From an uncultured bacterium (GTDB lineage: Bacteria > Patescibacteriota > Minisyncoccia > Phycocordibacterales > Phycocordibacteraceae), in contig CAJEYI010000001.1 in NCBI GenBank assembly GCA_903994795.1, positions 1 through 62,962 on the forward strand: 62,962 nucleotides of DNA, in the 5' to 3' direction. The notes beneath the pieces were generated by a model that saw only the letters and a program-made list of their open reading frames with translations, did not search any database and was not told where the DNA came from. How positions within the stretch are numbered: the first letter of the stretch is position 1; every line of letters begins with the position of its first letter. Positions 53,140-61,814 of this stretch are shown here, in pieces. Made by a program: the position numbers and the translations under genes.

Positions 53140-53961
53140 ATGATAAGAATATTTTTCTATATAAGTTTATGTATTGGCATTTTGTCAGTTCTCGCAATGT
53201 GTTACTTTCAATCTGCTGCATATGGAATTTCTCACCCACAGTTCTTCAGTGGCATCCAAGAACTTTTGTTAGCCTTTTTCATATTTGGAATAATGACTGT
53301 GTGGTGGGTTATTTATTTTGCAATTACAAAGGACTGGAAACAGTTATGGGTTCCACTCATTTTAATTTTTATCATAGTTGGTGCTGAAGTTAATTTTCGC
53401 ATACGAGCAGCAATTTTCGAGAATAATTACCAAACATCTCTGGATACGTGGTTTGCCACAACGCGTCTTCTAAATTTTGAGTCAAAGAATCTCGGTATAT
53501 CTTTTCAGTATCTTTCGAGCACTCCATTTGGAGGAGTTGTGTCAGTAAAAGAGGAGGGAGATACGATATTTGTTGGAGATACGGTTTCCAAAACTTCAGA
53601 TGGAGGTGCCATAAAGGTTTTCAGTAAAGATCCATCCTTGACTCTCCTTGAGTACCTAAATAAGAAATATAAAAGTAACTACCCATCATGCATATTTACA
53701 GACATATCTTCGAGTACCTCAACCAATTCGATGGTTGACATGGATAGAGAGCTTGGTGTGGGTGGAGATTATTTGTGTCCAATAATAGGTATCGAAGTTC
53801 CTCATCTTGCCTCAAGCTATAATTTCTTTATATCAAGCAAAACGCATTTAGATAAATATGCATTTGTATCTATTCCTGATGATCCAGTCGCTGGAGTTCA
53901 GCCTAAAGATCGATTAGATAGTGGAGATAAAAAGTGGTTTCAAACTATTGCTTTTCATTAA
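53140..53961 (+). CDS. hypothetical membrane protein (273 aa)
   Basis: Three N-terminal TM helices. AT-rich. No motif recognised. Confidence 0.5.
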   Translation: MIRIFFYISLCIGILSVLAMCYFQSAAYGISHPQFFSGIQELLLAFFIFGIMTVWWVIYFAITKDWKQLWVPLILIFIIVGAEVNFRIRAAIFENNYQTSLDTWFATTRLLNFESKNLGISFQYLSSTPFGGVVSVKEEGDTIFVGDTVSKTSDGGAIKVFSKDPSLTLLEYLNKKYKSNYPSCIFTDISSSTSTNSMVDMDRELGVGGDYLCPIIGIEVPHLASSYNFFISSKTHLDKYAFVSIPDDPVAGVQPKDRLDSGDKKWFQTIAFH

Positions 53962-54015
53962 ATTCTTAAGCATATACTCAAAGAGTATATAAGTTAGAGT
54001 GATAATTATTCTACG

Positions 54016-54870
54016 TTAATTACAAAGCACTGGCTCTGTACCATGTGGTAGCTTCTGTGCAAACCACTTCTGTACTTCAATCTGTCCACCAAGCTCGTCA
54101 ATAAGTCCTGTACCAATTGCGAGCGCGCCAGTTAGCGACCTGCCATCAGCAAATGCCTTAACGGCATCGGGTGACATGTGCCTATTTGCTGCAATTTCTT
54201 TAATTAGTGTTTGATATTCATCATCTACGTTTTTCTGAAGGTACGCCTTGCCCGCGGGTGTGAGTGGTGCGTTTGGATTACCGACATCTTTGTAGGTCCC
54301 TGCTGAAATTTGTTGAAACTTTGAACCGCTCTGTGTGTTACTTCCAGACTGATCAAGATATGAGCCTGTTACTCCTATGTCCGCAACATCAGAAAATGCC
54401 GAAGCAATAATTGCTGTTGCGCCAGTTGATGCAAGGTATGCTGCAGAGTCACCTGAGTCAGTTATCCAGGCGACTGAGGGTTTGCCAAGAGTAGTGAGAG
54501 CATTTGCAATCATCTCGCCTCCAGCTGGAGAACCGCCTGGCGAATCAACACGGAGCGCAATACCTACTATTGAAGGATCATTCTTTGCTCGCTCAAGAGA
54601 TGCAAGAATTGCCTCGCCAGAACTGTTTGCGGTGCTGTCGTATTGAGTCTGTGCATCTGCGTCTGCTTGAGTTGCCCAAAGTTGGCCCGTGAGTGGAATG
54701 ACTGCAATATTACAGTAGGCACCGGTGGCTGTTTGGTAGGGAAGGCCTTCGTATGGAATGTCGTTTGCGCGCTGGAGGAGGTAGTCACCGACCAAGTATG
54801 TAATACATCCGGTAATGCCAAGAAGCACAGTTCCCACGAATAATAATTGAAGTGATGTCAGGAATTTCAT
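54016..54870 (-). CDS. sppA: signal peptide peptidase SppA (36K type, S49)
   Basis: RVDSPGGS and the Ser/Lys dyad region. N-terminal TM. Confidence 0.85.
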   Translation of the reverse strand: MKFLTSLQLLFVGTVLLGITGCITYLVGDYLLQRANDIPYEGLPYQTATGAYCNIAVIPLTGQLWATQADADAQTQYDSTANSSGEAILASLERAKNDPSIVGIALRVDSPGGSPAGGEMIANALTTLGKPSVAWITDSGDSAAYLASTGATAIIASAFSDVADIGVTGSYLDQSGSNTQSGSKFQQISAGTYKDVGNPNAPLTPAGKAYLQKNVDDEYQTLIKEIAANRHMSPDAVKAFADGRSLTGALAIGTGLIDELGGQIEVQKWFAQKLPHGTEPVLCN

Positions 54871-54922
54871 CGGTATATTATAACAAAGCTAGTTCATATT
54901 TATTGGAAAACGTATAGAAAAG

Positions 54923-54948
54923 TGAAAATGCCCCGCGGGGCATTTTCA
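54923..54948. terminator. hairpin terminator
   Basis: TGAAAATGCCCC/GGGGCATTTTCA. Confidence 0.7.
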
Positions 54949-55070
54949 GGTAGCTTGTGCTTCGGTGAAGGAGAACTCCACTTACTCGGTTGAGCTCCAC
55001 ACAAGACTTACACCTAATATAGAATTTTAGGGCTTCTGAACTGAAAGTCAAATGGATAAATTTTAGAGAG

Positions 55071-55682
55071 TTAGCTTCCGAATTTTCCAGCAGGAAATTT
55101 AATTGAATCTTTTACTTTCAAGAGATTATAGAGATGGTCTTTGTCTTGCATATATTTACTAAAAATAGTATTTGCAATAAGGTCAGCAACTTGAATTGCC
55201 CGGCATGCTTTAGAGTCTAGGTATTGGAGACTTATTGGGTTCCTTACACCCCAATCAAAATAAGCTTTGGCTTTTATATAGTCCCCAAGAGAGTTTCGTG
55301 AACCAACACGTGTCGAGTGATTGTCAGTAATAATGTTTAGACTTTCAGTTGATGATTTGGCAATCGGTTCGATTACCCATTGATAGATGTAGTTATAAAG
55401 CAGGTTCTTATCATTAAAAAGAATTGGATCAATATGATTTTTATCAGCAACGACATAACTTATTGAATAATCTTGAACTGAGCCTATTTTTCTTAAAAGA
55501 GTTTCTTTTGCAGGAAATGTAAGGTTATAAGCTTTAATTTCAACAGTTCCATTATCAGCACAGTGATGCTTAACAATATTATCAAGCCTCTTTTTATTAT
55601 CTGGCGATATAGCAGCAATTACAAAATATCTGCTGCCCTTTTGTCCCAAATCTCCTGATTCGTCAATAAAAATACTCGCCAT
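55071..55682 (-). CDS. DUF3800-domain protein
   Basis: N-terminal IFIDESGDLG and C-terminal IQVADLIAN, typical of DUF3800. AT-rich. Confidence 0.7.
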   Translation of the reverse strand: MASIFIDESGDLGQKGSRYFVIAAISPDNKKRLDNIVKHHCADNGTVEIKAYNLTFPAKETLLRKIGSVQDYSISYVVADKNHIDPILFNDKNLLYNYIYQWVIEPIAKSSTESLNIITDNHSTRVGSRNSLGDYIKAKAYFDWGVRNPISLQYLDSKACRAIQVADLIANTIFSKYMQDKDHLYNLLKVKDSIKFPAGKFGS

Positions 55683-55696
55683 ACTCTAAGAAGGTT

Positions 55697-56053
55697 TTAT
55701 TTGTCAATTGTATTCTGTGACATGAAAGTCTCTGACCACAATATCGTCACAATCTCATCTCTTTGTTTTTCTGTAATTTTAGTTGAATAAGCTAAGTCCT
55801 GACACATGTTGCGAACTCCGTTCCATAGTCCATTTTGGTTTGAGAATAGTAGGTGATCTACACCAAGTATGTTCTTTATAGACACAGTAAAAATAGTTCT
55901 TTGGGTCACAGTCTGAGGACCACCTTCAATTTGGGAAATCATTTTGATAATCGAGGGTTGACCTATTTGCGTGACCATTCCATTAATAGGAGAAAGGGCT
56001 ATTTTTGTAAGTTCGCAAATTTTATTCTGCTCATTTAGCGTTAATTCTTTCAT
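55697..56053 (-). CDS. hypothetical protein (118 aa), upstream partner of DUF3800
   Basis: 14-nt gap to the DUF3800 gene, same strand, AT-rich. Confidence 0.5.
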   Translation of the reverse strand: MKELTLNEQNKICELTKIALSPINGMVTQIGQPSIIKMISQIEGGPQTVTQRTIFTVSIKNILGVDHLLFSNQNGLWNGVRNMCQDLAYSTKITEKQRDEIVTILWSETFMSQNTIDK

Positions 56054-56093
56054 ATCAATATTTTAGCACTTAATTAAATTCGACGTGTCGGTG

Positions 56094-56116
56094 AAAAGAG
56101 TCGCCCCACGACTCTT
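56094..56116 (-). terminator. hairpin AAGAGTCG-loop-CGACTCTT downstream of ssrA
   Basis: 8-bp stem followed by a U run on the minus strand. Confidence 0.5.
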
Positions 56117-56170
56117 GCCCACCTCCACCAGATAAACAAAAACCACCTATCGGTGGCCATGTTTATATCT

Positions 56171-56592
56171 GGTGGAGGTGGGGGTAGTTGAAACCCCGTC
56201 CGAATCCGGCTTTGAGAGCGAGTCTACGACGCGTAGTTCATATTAGTGTTTCAGAATGAAGGTAAAAACAGGAACGAAACCCTTCACACCTACGCCCGTT
56301 TTTTAAGAGACTTATGTGGGCACATGAATCTTCCGATCCCATAGAGAATTCCGCCCAATCACCCAGCTATGAGAACCTGGAATGATGAACGTCGCTCAGC
56401 GAGGCGAGCCGAAGCTCAAGCCTGCTTACGCGAACGCAAAGTCGCTCGGAGTAAAATACCTCGAAACGATGCTCTTTGCGCTTGCAACTGTAGTGTTAGC
56501 AAGTATTTGTGCTTGTGGGATTTGAGTGTCCAGCAAGCTTGCACTGCGTCGCACGTCTCTCAAAGAGCAGACCGTCAAAACCGGTCACCCCC
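56171..56592 (-). ncRNA. ssrA: tmRNA (SsrA)
   Basis: 5' GGGGGUGACCGGUUUUGACGG and 3' GGAUUCGGACGGGGUUUCAACUACCCCCACCUCCACCA. The acceptor stem has a G3:U70 pair. Lies directly downstream of smpB. Confidence 0.9.
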
Positions 56593-56639
56593 GCGCAGAA
56601 CCTATCAGGAGATCGGTTCTGCGCGCGAGCGATCGATTA

Positions 56640-57083
56640 CTATCTTCGTTTCATTGCACGCTCAATCTCACGCTGATCATCTTTCTTCTTCAAATCTTCC
56701 CGCTTATCTGCCTTTCCCTTACCTCGTACTATAGCAACTTTCACCTTAATATACTTGCCTGCAGTATACAACTCAATTGGGACTAATGTCAAGCCCTTTT
56801 TTGCTTCTCCTTCTGCAAGCTCTACAATTTCTCTTTTATTGAGGAGAAGCTTGCGAGGATGCTCAGGATCGTACGATACTGGCGTATTTGCAGACTGATA
56901 TGGGGGAATTGTTGCTCCTACGAGGTATGCTTCACCACCTCGCACAACAACTCGTGACCCTTCGAGGCTTCCAAGCTTCTTCCGAAGCGACTTCACTTCT
57001 CCACCAGAAAGCTCTATTCCTGCCTGGAACGTTTCGAGTACTGCAAATCGCAGGTGGACCTTTTTGTTTTGGATAAGTGACAT
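56640..57083 (-). CDS. smpB: SsrA-binding protein SmpB
   Basis: Motifs FQAGIELSGGEVKSLR and KLLL.K.EI. Confidence 0.95.
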   Translation of the reverse strand: MSLIQNKKVHLRFAVLETFQAGIELSGGEVKSLRKKLGSLEGSRVVVRGGEAYLVGATIPPYQSANTPVSYDPEHPRKLLLNKREIVELAEGEAKKGLTLVPIELYTAGKYIKVKVAIVRGKGKADKREDLKKKDDQREIERAMKRR

Positions 57084-57146
57084 GGAAAGTAGACGGATTT
57101 CGAAGGGATTTCTTACGAATGCTTATTATTGTATAATGTATCAGCT

Positions 57147-59117
57147 ATGCCTCCTACTGAAAACAAACCCCCAAAAATCAAGAAAGTAAAAGGAAGAATC
57201 GAAAACCTTACCAAGGATTCAGAAAAGTCACCTGCAGGACCTCAACCAAAAGGTCCAGTGAAGCCTGGAAATGGCTTTGTGACAAACTTGCTCACAGTCA
57301 TAGTGATATTCCTACTCCTTATGGGAATCTATAGCTATGTCGCAACAAGTGCGAAGTCAAAAGCTGTCGTTTCACTTTCACAAGTCGCAAATGACATCAG
57401 AGCAGGGCAGGTGACTGCAATTAAAGTCACAACAAATGACCTCCTGCTCACGTATGCAGACGGAACACAGAAGACTTCAATGAAAGATCCAAGCGATGGT
57501 CTTCCTCAGACGCTCGTGCCATATGGCGTGACTCCGGATGAGCTTTCAAAAGTTTCACTAACTATCGCAACTGATACTGGGTTTGGGTATTGGTTTATGC
57601 AGCTTGCGCCGCTCCTCATTCCTGCGGTTTTGCTCGGTGCGCTCTTCTGGTTCCTTTCACGACAAGTTCGTGGTGCTGGCATGCAGGCGTTTACATTTGG
57701 TCAGTCGAAGGCTCGCATGATTGATCCTGCTGACACGAACTCTCGTGTAACATTTGCAGACGTGGCTGGGGCAAAGGAAGCAAAGGAAGAATTGATGGAA
57801 ATAGTCGACTTCTTGAAAAATCCTAAAAAGTTTCTCGATATCGGCGCACGTATTCCAAAAGGTATTCTCTTGATGGGAGCGCCTGGGACAGGGAAGACAC
57901 TTCTTGCACGAGCTGTGGCGGGTGAAGCTGGCGTGCCGTTCTACTCAATTTCAGGATCAGAGTTTGTCGAGATGTTTGTGGGGGTTGGAGCATCACGCGT
58001 GCGTGACCTCTTCCAGATGGCAAAAAAATCAGCACCAGCAATTATTTTCGTAGATGAAATCGATGCTGTTGGGCGTGCTCGAGGAAGCGGCGTGGGTGGC
58101 GGAAATGATGAGCGTGAGCAGACTCTCAATCAGATCTTGGTGGAGATGGATGGATTCGAGCCAACAGAGAAGGTTATCGTGATGGCTGCAACTAACCGTC
58201 CGGACGTTCTAGATCCTGCACTTCTTCGTCCGGGACGATTTGATCGTCGCGTGACTATCGACCTTCCTGATCGAAAGGATCGTGAAGAAATTCTTGCAGT
58301 GCATGCGCGGAAAAAGCCGTTTGGTCCTGATGTAAATTTCCCACTTATTGCAGAACGAACACCCGGTTTCTCTGGTGCCGAGCTCTACTCGCTTATGAAT
58401 GAAGCGGCCATTCTCGCTGCGCGCGAAGCGCGCAAAGAGATTACACAGTTCGATCTCATCCGCTCAATCGAGAAAGTCATGCTCGGTCCAGAACGGAAGA
58501 GTCACTTGCTCTCAAAGAAAGAGAAGCGCGTCACTGCATATCATGAAGCTGGTCACGCGCTCGTCTCCTCGATTCTTCCGTATGCTGATCCTGTGCATAA
58601 AGTTTCCATCATCAGTCGTGGAACAGCAGGAGGATATACGCTCAAGCTTCCATTCGAAGACAAGAAAATGCCATCAAAGAAAGAGTTCATCGATGACATC
58701 GCTACGCTTCTTGGCGGATACGCTGCGGAGAGTCTTATCTTTGACGACGTCACAACAGGTCCTTCAAACGATCTCGCCGTAGCAACAAACGTCGCTCGCA
58801 ACATGGTTGCTCGATACGGCATGAGTGATTCAATTGGTCCTGCTGCTTTCGCATCAGATCGCGCGTACGGGCCTGAGTCATACTCACAAGAGCTTGCTGC
58901 GAAGATTGATGGGGAAGTTGCACGAATTGTTGAGGATGGAAAACAAAAGGCGACTGAAGTCATTACAGAGCATCGCAAGGCACTCGACGCAATCGCAGCA
59001 GCACTCGTAGATGTTGAGACACTCGAGCGAGAAGACTTTGAAAAGATACTTATCGTGAATGGCATTACCCCAAAGAAGAAGGAAGACTATACTGATGCGG
59101 TGACGATAGTTGGATAG
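57147..59117 (+). CDS. ftsH: ATP-dependent zinc metalloprotease FtsH
   Basis: Walker [12 protein letters not shown], and HEAGHA zinc motif. TATAAT (57132-57137) lies 9 nt before ATG 57147; the ORF track starts at TTG 57129. Confidence 0.96.
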   Translation: MPPTENKPPKIKKVKGRIENLTKDSEKSPAGPQPKGPVKPGNGFVTNLLTVIVIFLLLMGIYSYVATSAKSKAVVSLSQVANDIRAGQVTAIKVTTNDLLLTYADGTQKTSMKDPSDGLPQTLVPYGVTPDELSKVSLTIATDTGFGYWFMQLAPLLIPAVLLGALFWFLSRQVRGAGMQAFTFGQSKARMIDPADTNSRVTFADVAGAKEAKEELMEIVDFLKNPKKFLDIGARIPKGILLMGAPGTGKTLLARAVAGEAGVPFYSISGSEFVEMFVGVGASRVRDLFQMAKKSAPAIIFVDEIDAVGRARGSGVGGGNDEREQTLNQILVEMDGFEPTEKVIVMAATNRPDVLDPALLRPGRFDRRVTIDLPDRKDREEILAVHARKKPFGPDVNFPLIAERTPGFSGAELYSLMNEAAILAAREARKEITQFDLIRSIEKVMLGPERKSHLLSKKEKRVTAYHEAGHALVSSILPYADPVHKVSIISRGTAGGYTLKLPFEDKKMPSKKEFIDDIATLLGGYAAESLIFDDVTTGPSNDLAVATNVARNMVARYGMSDSIGPAAFASDRAYGPESYSQELAAKIDGEVARIVEDGKQKATEVITEHRKALDAIAAALVDVETLEREDFEKILIVNGITPKKKEDYTDAVTIVG

Positions 59118-59192
59118 TTGGTCGGACAAAATTCAGTTTTTCTTTAGAGTTTCTTTAAAACTCCTTCAGTCCCTTTTTGCTACGCTTACCGC

Positions 59193-59867
59193 ATGGCAAA
59201 AAGAGAGTTACATGCTAAGGCAATAGAACTGCGAAAGCAGGGTATGAGCTTTACGCAGATCAAGGAAGTGGTTGGTGTGAGTAACAGTACTCTCAGTGTT
59301 TGGCTACGCGACTACCCACTTTCAAAAGAGAGGATTCGCGAATTACGAATAGTTACTGACCAACAAATTGAAAGAACGCGGGAAAGTAAATCCAAGACTA
59401 GGAATATCAGGTTACTTGCAGTTCGGTCAAAAGCAGAAAAAGAAATCGGTACGTTGACTGAAAGAGATTTACTGATTGCAGGATTTTTCCTTTATTGGGG
59501 AGAGGGAAGTAAGACGTCTCATGGAACTACATCAGTTTCAAATACTGATCCAGCGGTACTCAGAGTTTTTATGTCATGGCTTACGTTACTAAAAGTACCG
59601 AAGGAAAGATTACGAGTTAATCTCCATCTATATAACGACATGGACATCAATTCTGAGATTAGTTTTTGGTCTAATGAATTAGGTCTTCCAATAAGTACAT
59701 TTAGAAAGCCATACATAAAGAAGTCACTAAGAGAAAACATTACGTTCTTTCAGAGGTTTACGCATGGCACGTGTAATGTAATTTTTGAGAATAGAGATAT
59801 CTTCGAGTATGTTCAACAGGGGTTAGGATATCTGAGAGACACATTTGCTGTAATCCCCACAACGTGA
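59193..59867 (+). CDS. HTH-domain protein with a possible LAGLIDADG-like core
   Basis: N-terminal resolvase-type HTH (GMSFTQIKEVVGVSNSTLSVWL) and a LIAGFFLYWGEGSK motif. The call is tentative. Confidence 0.45.
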   Translation: MAKRELHAKAIELRKQGMSFTQIKEVVGVSNSTLSVWLRDYPLSKERIRELRIVTDQQIERTRESKSKTRNIRLLAVRSKAEKEIGTLTERDLLIAGFFLYWGEGSKTSHGTTSVSNTDPAVLRVFMSWLTLLKVPKERLRVNLHLYNDMDINSEISFWSNELGLPISTFRKPYIKKSLRENITFFQRFTHGTCNVIFENRDIFEYVQQGLGYLRDTFAVIPTT

Positions 59868-59881
59868 TTTCATTAGGTTAT

Positions 59882-59957
59882 ACGCGCGTAGCTCAATTGG
59901 TAGAGCACTGAGCTTATACCTCAGCGGTTGCAGGATCGTGCCCTGCCGCGCGTACCA
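59882..59957 (+). tRNA. tRNA with anticodon UAU (Ile, AUA-reading), CCA encoded
   Basis: Hand-folded cloverleaf: acceptor ACGCGCG/CGCGCGT, D arm GCTC-AATTGGTA-GAGC, anticodon arm CTGAG-CTTATAC-CTCAG, T arm GCAGG-ATCGTGC-CCTGC, discriminator A, CCA. Confidence 0.7.
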
Positions 59958-59960
59958 AAA

Positions 59961-60851
59961 TTACTTCGGAAATACATCCAAAAGAAGTCCTGAATCGTAG
60001 AACTGGAAGGCCAGACCGCCGAAACTATAGTCAACGCCATTTACCGTGATTTGCGCGCCACCCACTTGTGGATTTGCATTAGGGGTTGAGTGCTCAAAGC
60101 CGATATTGTAAAGCGTTGCGAGAATGTCGGGTCGATTATCAATTGGAAATCCTGCATTTTGCCACTGAGTTTCGAGTTCTTTGAGATAGAGCGATGCGTA
60201 GAGGTAGTTGTAGTAGTGGTCGTGAGAGTTCGTCATGCGAGTGAAGCGCTGTTCGGAAATGGTGCTCGAAGCATTCGCAGGATTGACTGGCGCAAAGTCC
60301 AAGAGGTGTTCATACTGTGAACCAAGGTAGTACGGAGACGCGGAGTCTTTTAGATTATTTTCTACCTGCACAGCAGTTGCTTCCTTCATGCCCATGACGC
60401 CCCACGAGAACTGAGTTTGTGAGCCAAGAATTTTAAGGGGAGCAAAGAACTTTTTATAAAAGGCGCGCTCTGTGAAGAAGAGGCGGAGTTGCTCGACGAT
60501 CAAGTCTTCAACTAGAAGTCGAGGCTTAATATCTGCGATAGCTGCGGCACGATTGATTGCGGGTGCATCAGTTGTCGCGGCTGCTGAGAGGACCTGCCAC
60601 TCTTCAGTATTTTGCCACGGCGTGCCATTTGGGTATTCAGGTGCCTGGGTAACTGCTGTGGTCGATGTGGCATTTCCTAGAAACGTCTCGCGTTGGAGGT
60701 CAATGATGCCAGTGGTGTTTGTGAACCCAAAACGCACTGCGAAGTACGTAACCACGAGCCCAAAACCAATTGCAGCAAAAAGATAGACCACAACGGTCCA
60801 GATGATTTTCACTACACGCCACATTTTTTCATGATTCATTCTACTTACCAT
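59961..60851 (-). CDS. membrane-anchored hypothetical protein (possibly transglycosylase-like)
   Basis: N-terminal TM. There is only weak resemblance to SLT motifs (WGVMGMK, LYNIGF). Confidence 0.45.
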   Translation of the reverse strand: MVSRMNHEKMWRVVKIIWTVVVYLFAAIGFGLVVTYFAVRFGFTNTTGIIDLQRETFLGNATSTTAVTQAPEYPNGTPWQNTEEWQVLSAAATTDAPAINRAAAIADIKPRLLVEDLIVEQLRLFFTERAFYKKFFAPLKILGSQTQFSWGVMGMKEATAVQVENNLKDSASPYYLGSQYEHLLDFAPVNPANASSTISEQRFTRMTNSHDHYYNYLYASLYLKELETQWQNAGFPIDNRPDILATLYNIGFEHSTPNANPQVGGAQITVNGVDYSFGGLAFQFYDSGLLLDVFPK

Positions 60852-60904
60852 ATCGCGCCTCCTGCTTGGTGTAAACTAACTACGTATACGTAAGCACATA
60901 TCCT

Positions 60905-61804
60905 ATGAGGCACATACTTTACTCGCAAGACGTAAGCATAGAAGAAATCAATACCATATTTGCCAGCGCGACAAAATTGGAGTACGAGAAAGACGATTCA
61001 ATGAAAGGAAAGATTATGGCATCGCTTTTCTACGAGCCGAGTACCCGAACACGGTTTTCATTTGAATCAGCGATGCTTCGTCTAGGTGGCAGTGTCATTA
61101 CAACAGAGAACGCTCGCGAATTTTCATCTGCAGCGAAAGGTGAGACTCTTGAAGATTCTATTGCTGTTGTGAATTATTATGCGGATTTGATCGTAATGCG
61201 TCACTACGAAATGGGTGCATCCGAACGCGCTTCGAAAGTATCAAGTGTGCCGATTATTAATGCGGGAGACGGCCCGGGTCAGCACCCAACACAAGCATTG
61301 CTAGATTTATATACGATCCAAAGGGAACTTGGGCATATTGATAACATCACAATAGCCATGGTCGGGGATTTAAAGAATGGCAGAACAGCGCGCTCACTTG
61401 CATATTTATTAGGAAAATATACAGGAATTACGATAGTTTTCGTATCACCACAGGAGTTAGGTATAAGTCCAGACATAAAGAGTTATTTAGAAAAGCATAA
61501 TGTTGCATATTCCGAAGTTGAAGATTTGGAAAGTGCACTTCCGGATGTTGATGTTGTGTACCAGACAAGAATACAGAAAGAGAGATTTGAAAGCGAAGAA
61601 AGTTATCTGAAGCACAAAGGGCGCTATGTCATCACATTAAAACAAGTCGCACTACTCAAGCCAACGGCAATTATTATGCACCCTTTACCAAGAGTTGATG
61701 AAATCGCGCCGGAAGTTGATGGCTCACCACATGCTGCATATTTCAAGCAAGCAAAGTACGGAGTGCTTGTACGAATGGCGTTGCTTAAGTTTGTGTTTGA
61801 GTAG
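60905..61804 (+). CDS. pyrB: aspartate carbamoyltransferase catalytic subunit
   Basis: Motifs STRTRFSFE, HPTQALLD and HPLPR. Confidence 0.93.
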   Translation: MRHILYSQDVSIEEINTIFASATKLEYEKDDSMKGKIMASLFYEPSTRTRFSFESAMLRLGGSVITTENAREFSSAAKGETLEDSIAVVNYYADLIVMRHYEMGASERASKVSSVPIINAGDGPGQHPTQALLDLYTIQRELGHIDNITIAMVGDLKNGRTARSLAYLLGKYTGITIVFVSPQELGISPDIKSYLEKHNVAYSEVEDLESALPDVDVVYQTRIQKERFESEESYLKHKGRYVITLKQVALLKPTAIIMHPLPRVDEIAPEVDGSPHAAYFKQAKYGVLVRMALLKFVFE

Positions 61805-61814
61805 AGTGCCCGTG

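Noticed and set aside
54880-56170. An integrase-mediated genomic island at ssrA with att direct repeats.
   Set aside because: No integrase or recombinase gene is present, and no direct copy of the ssrA 3' end was found downstream. Only an inverted copy is adjacent to the gene. It is therefore reported as a degraded or atypical islet rather than as a mobile element.
56369-56786. Plus-strand ORFs 56369-56734 and 56526-56786.
   Set aside because: They lie antisense to the tmRNA gene and the smpB 3' end. tmRNA identity is supported by both termini, the G3:U70 pair and the adjacent smpB.
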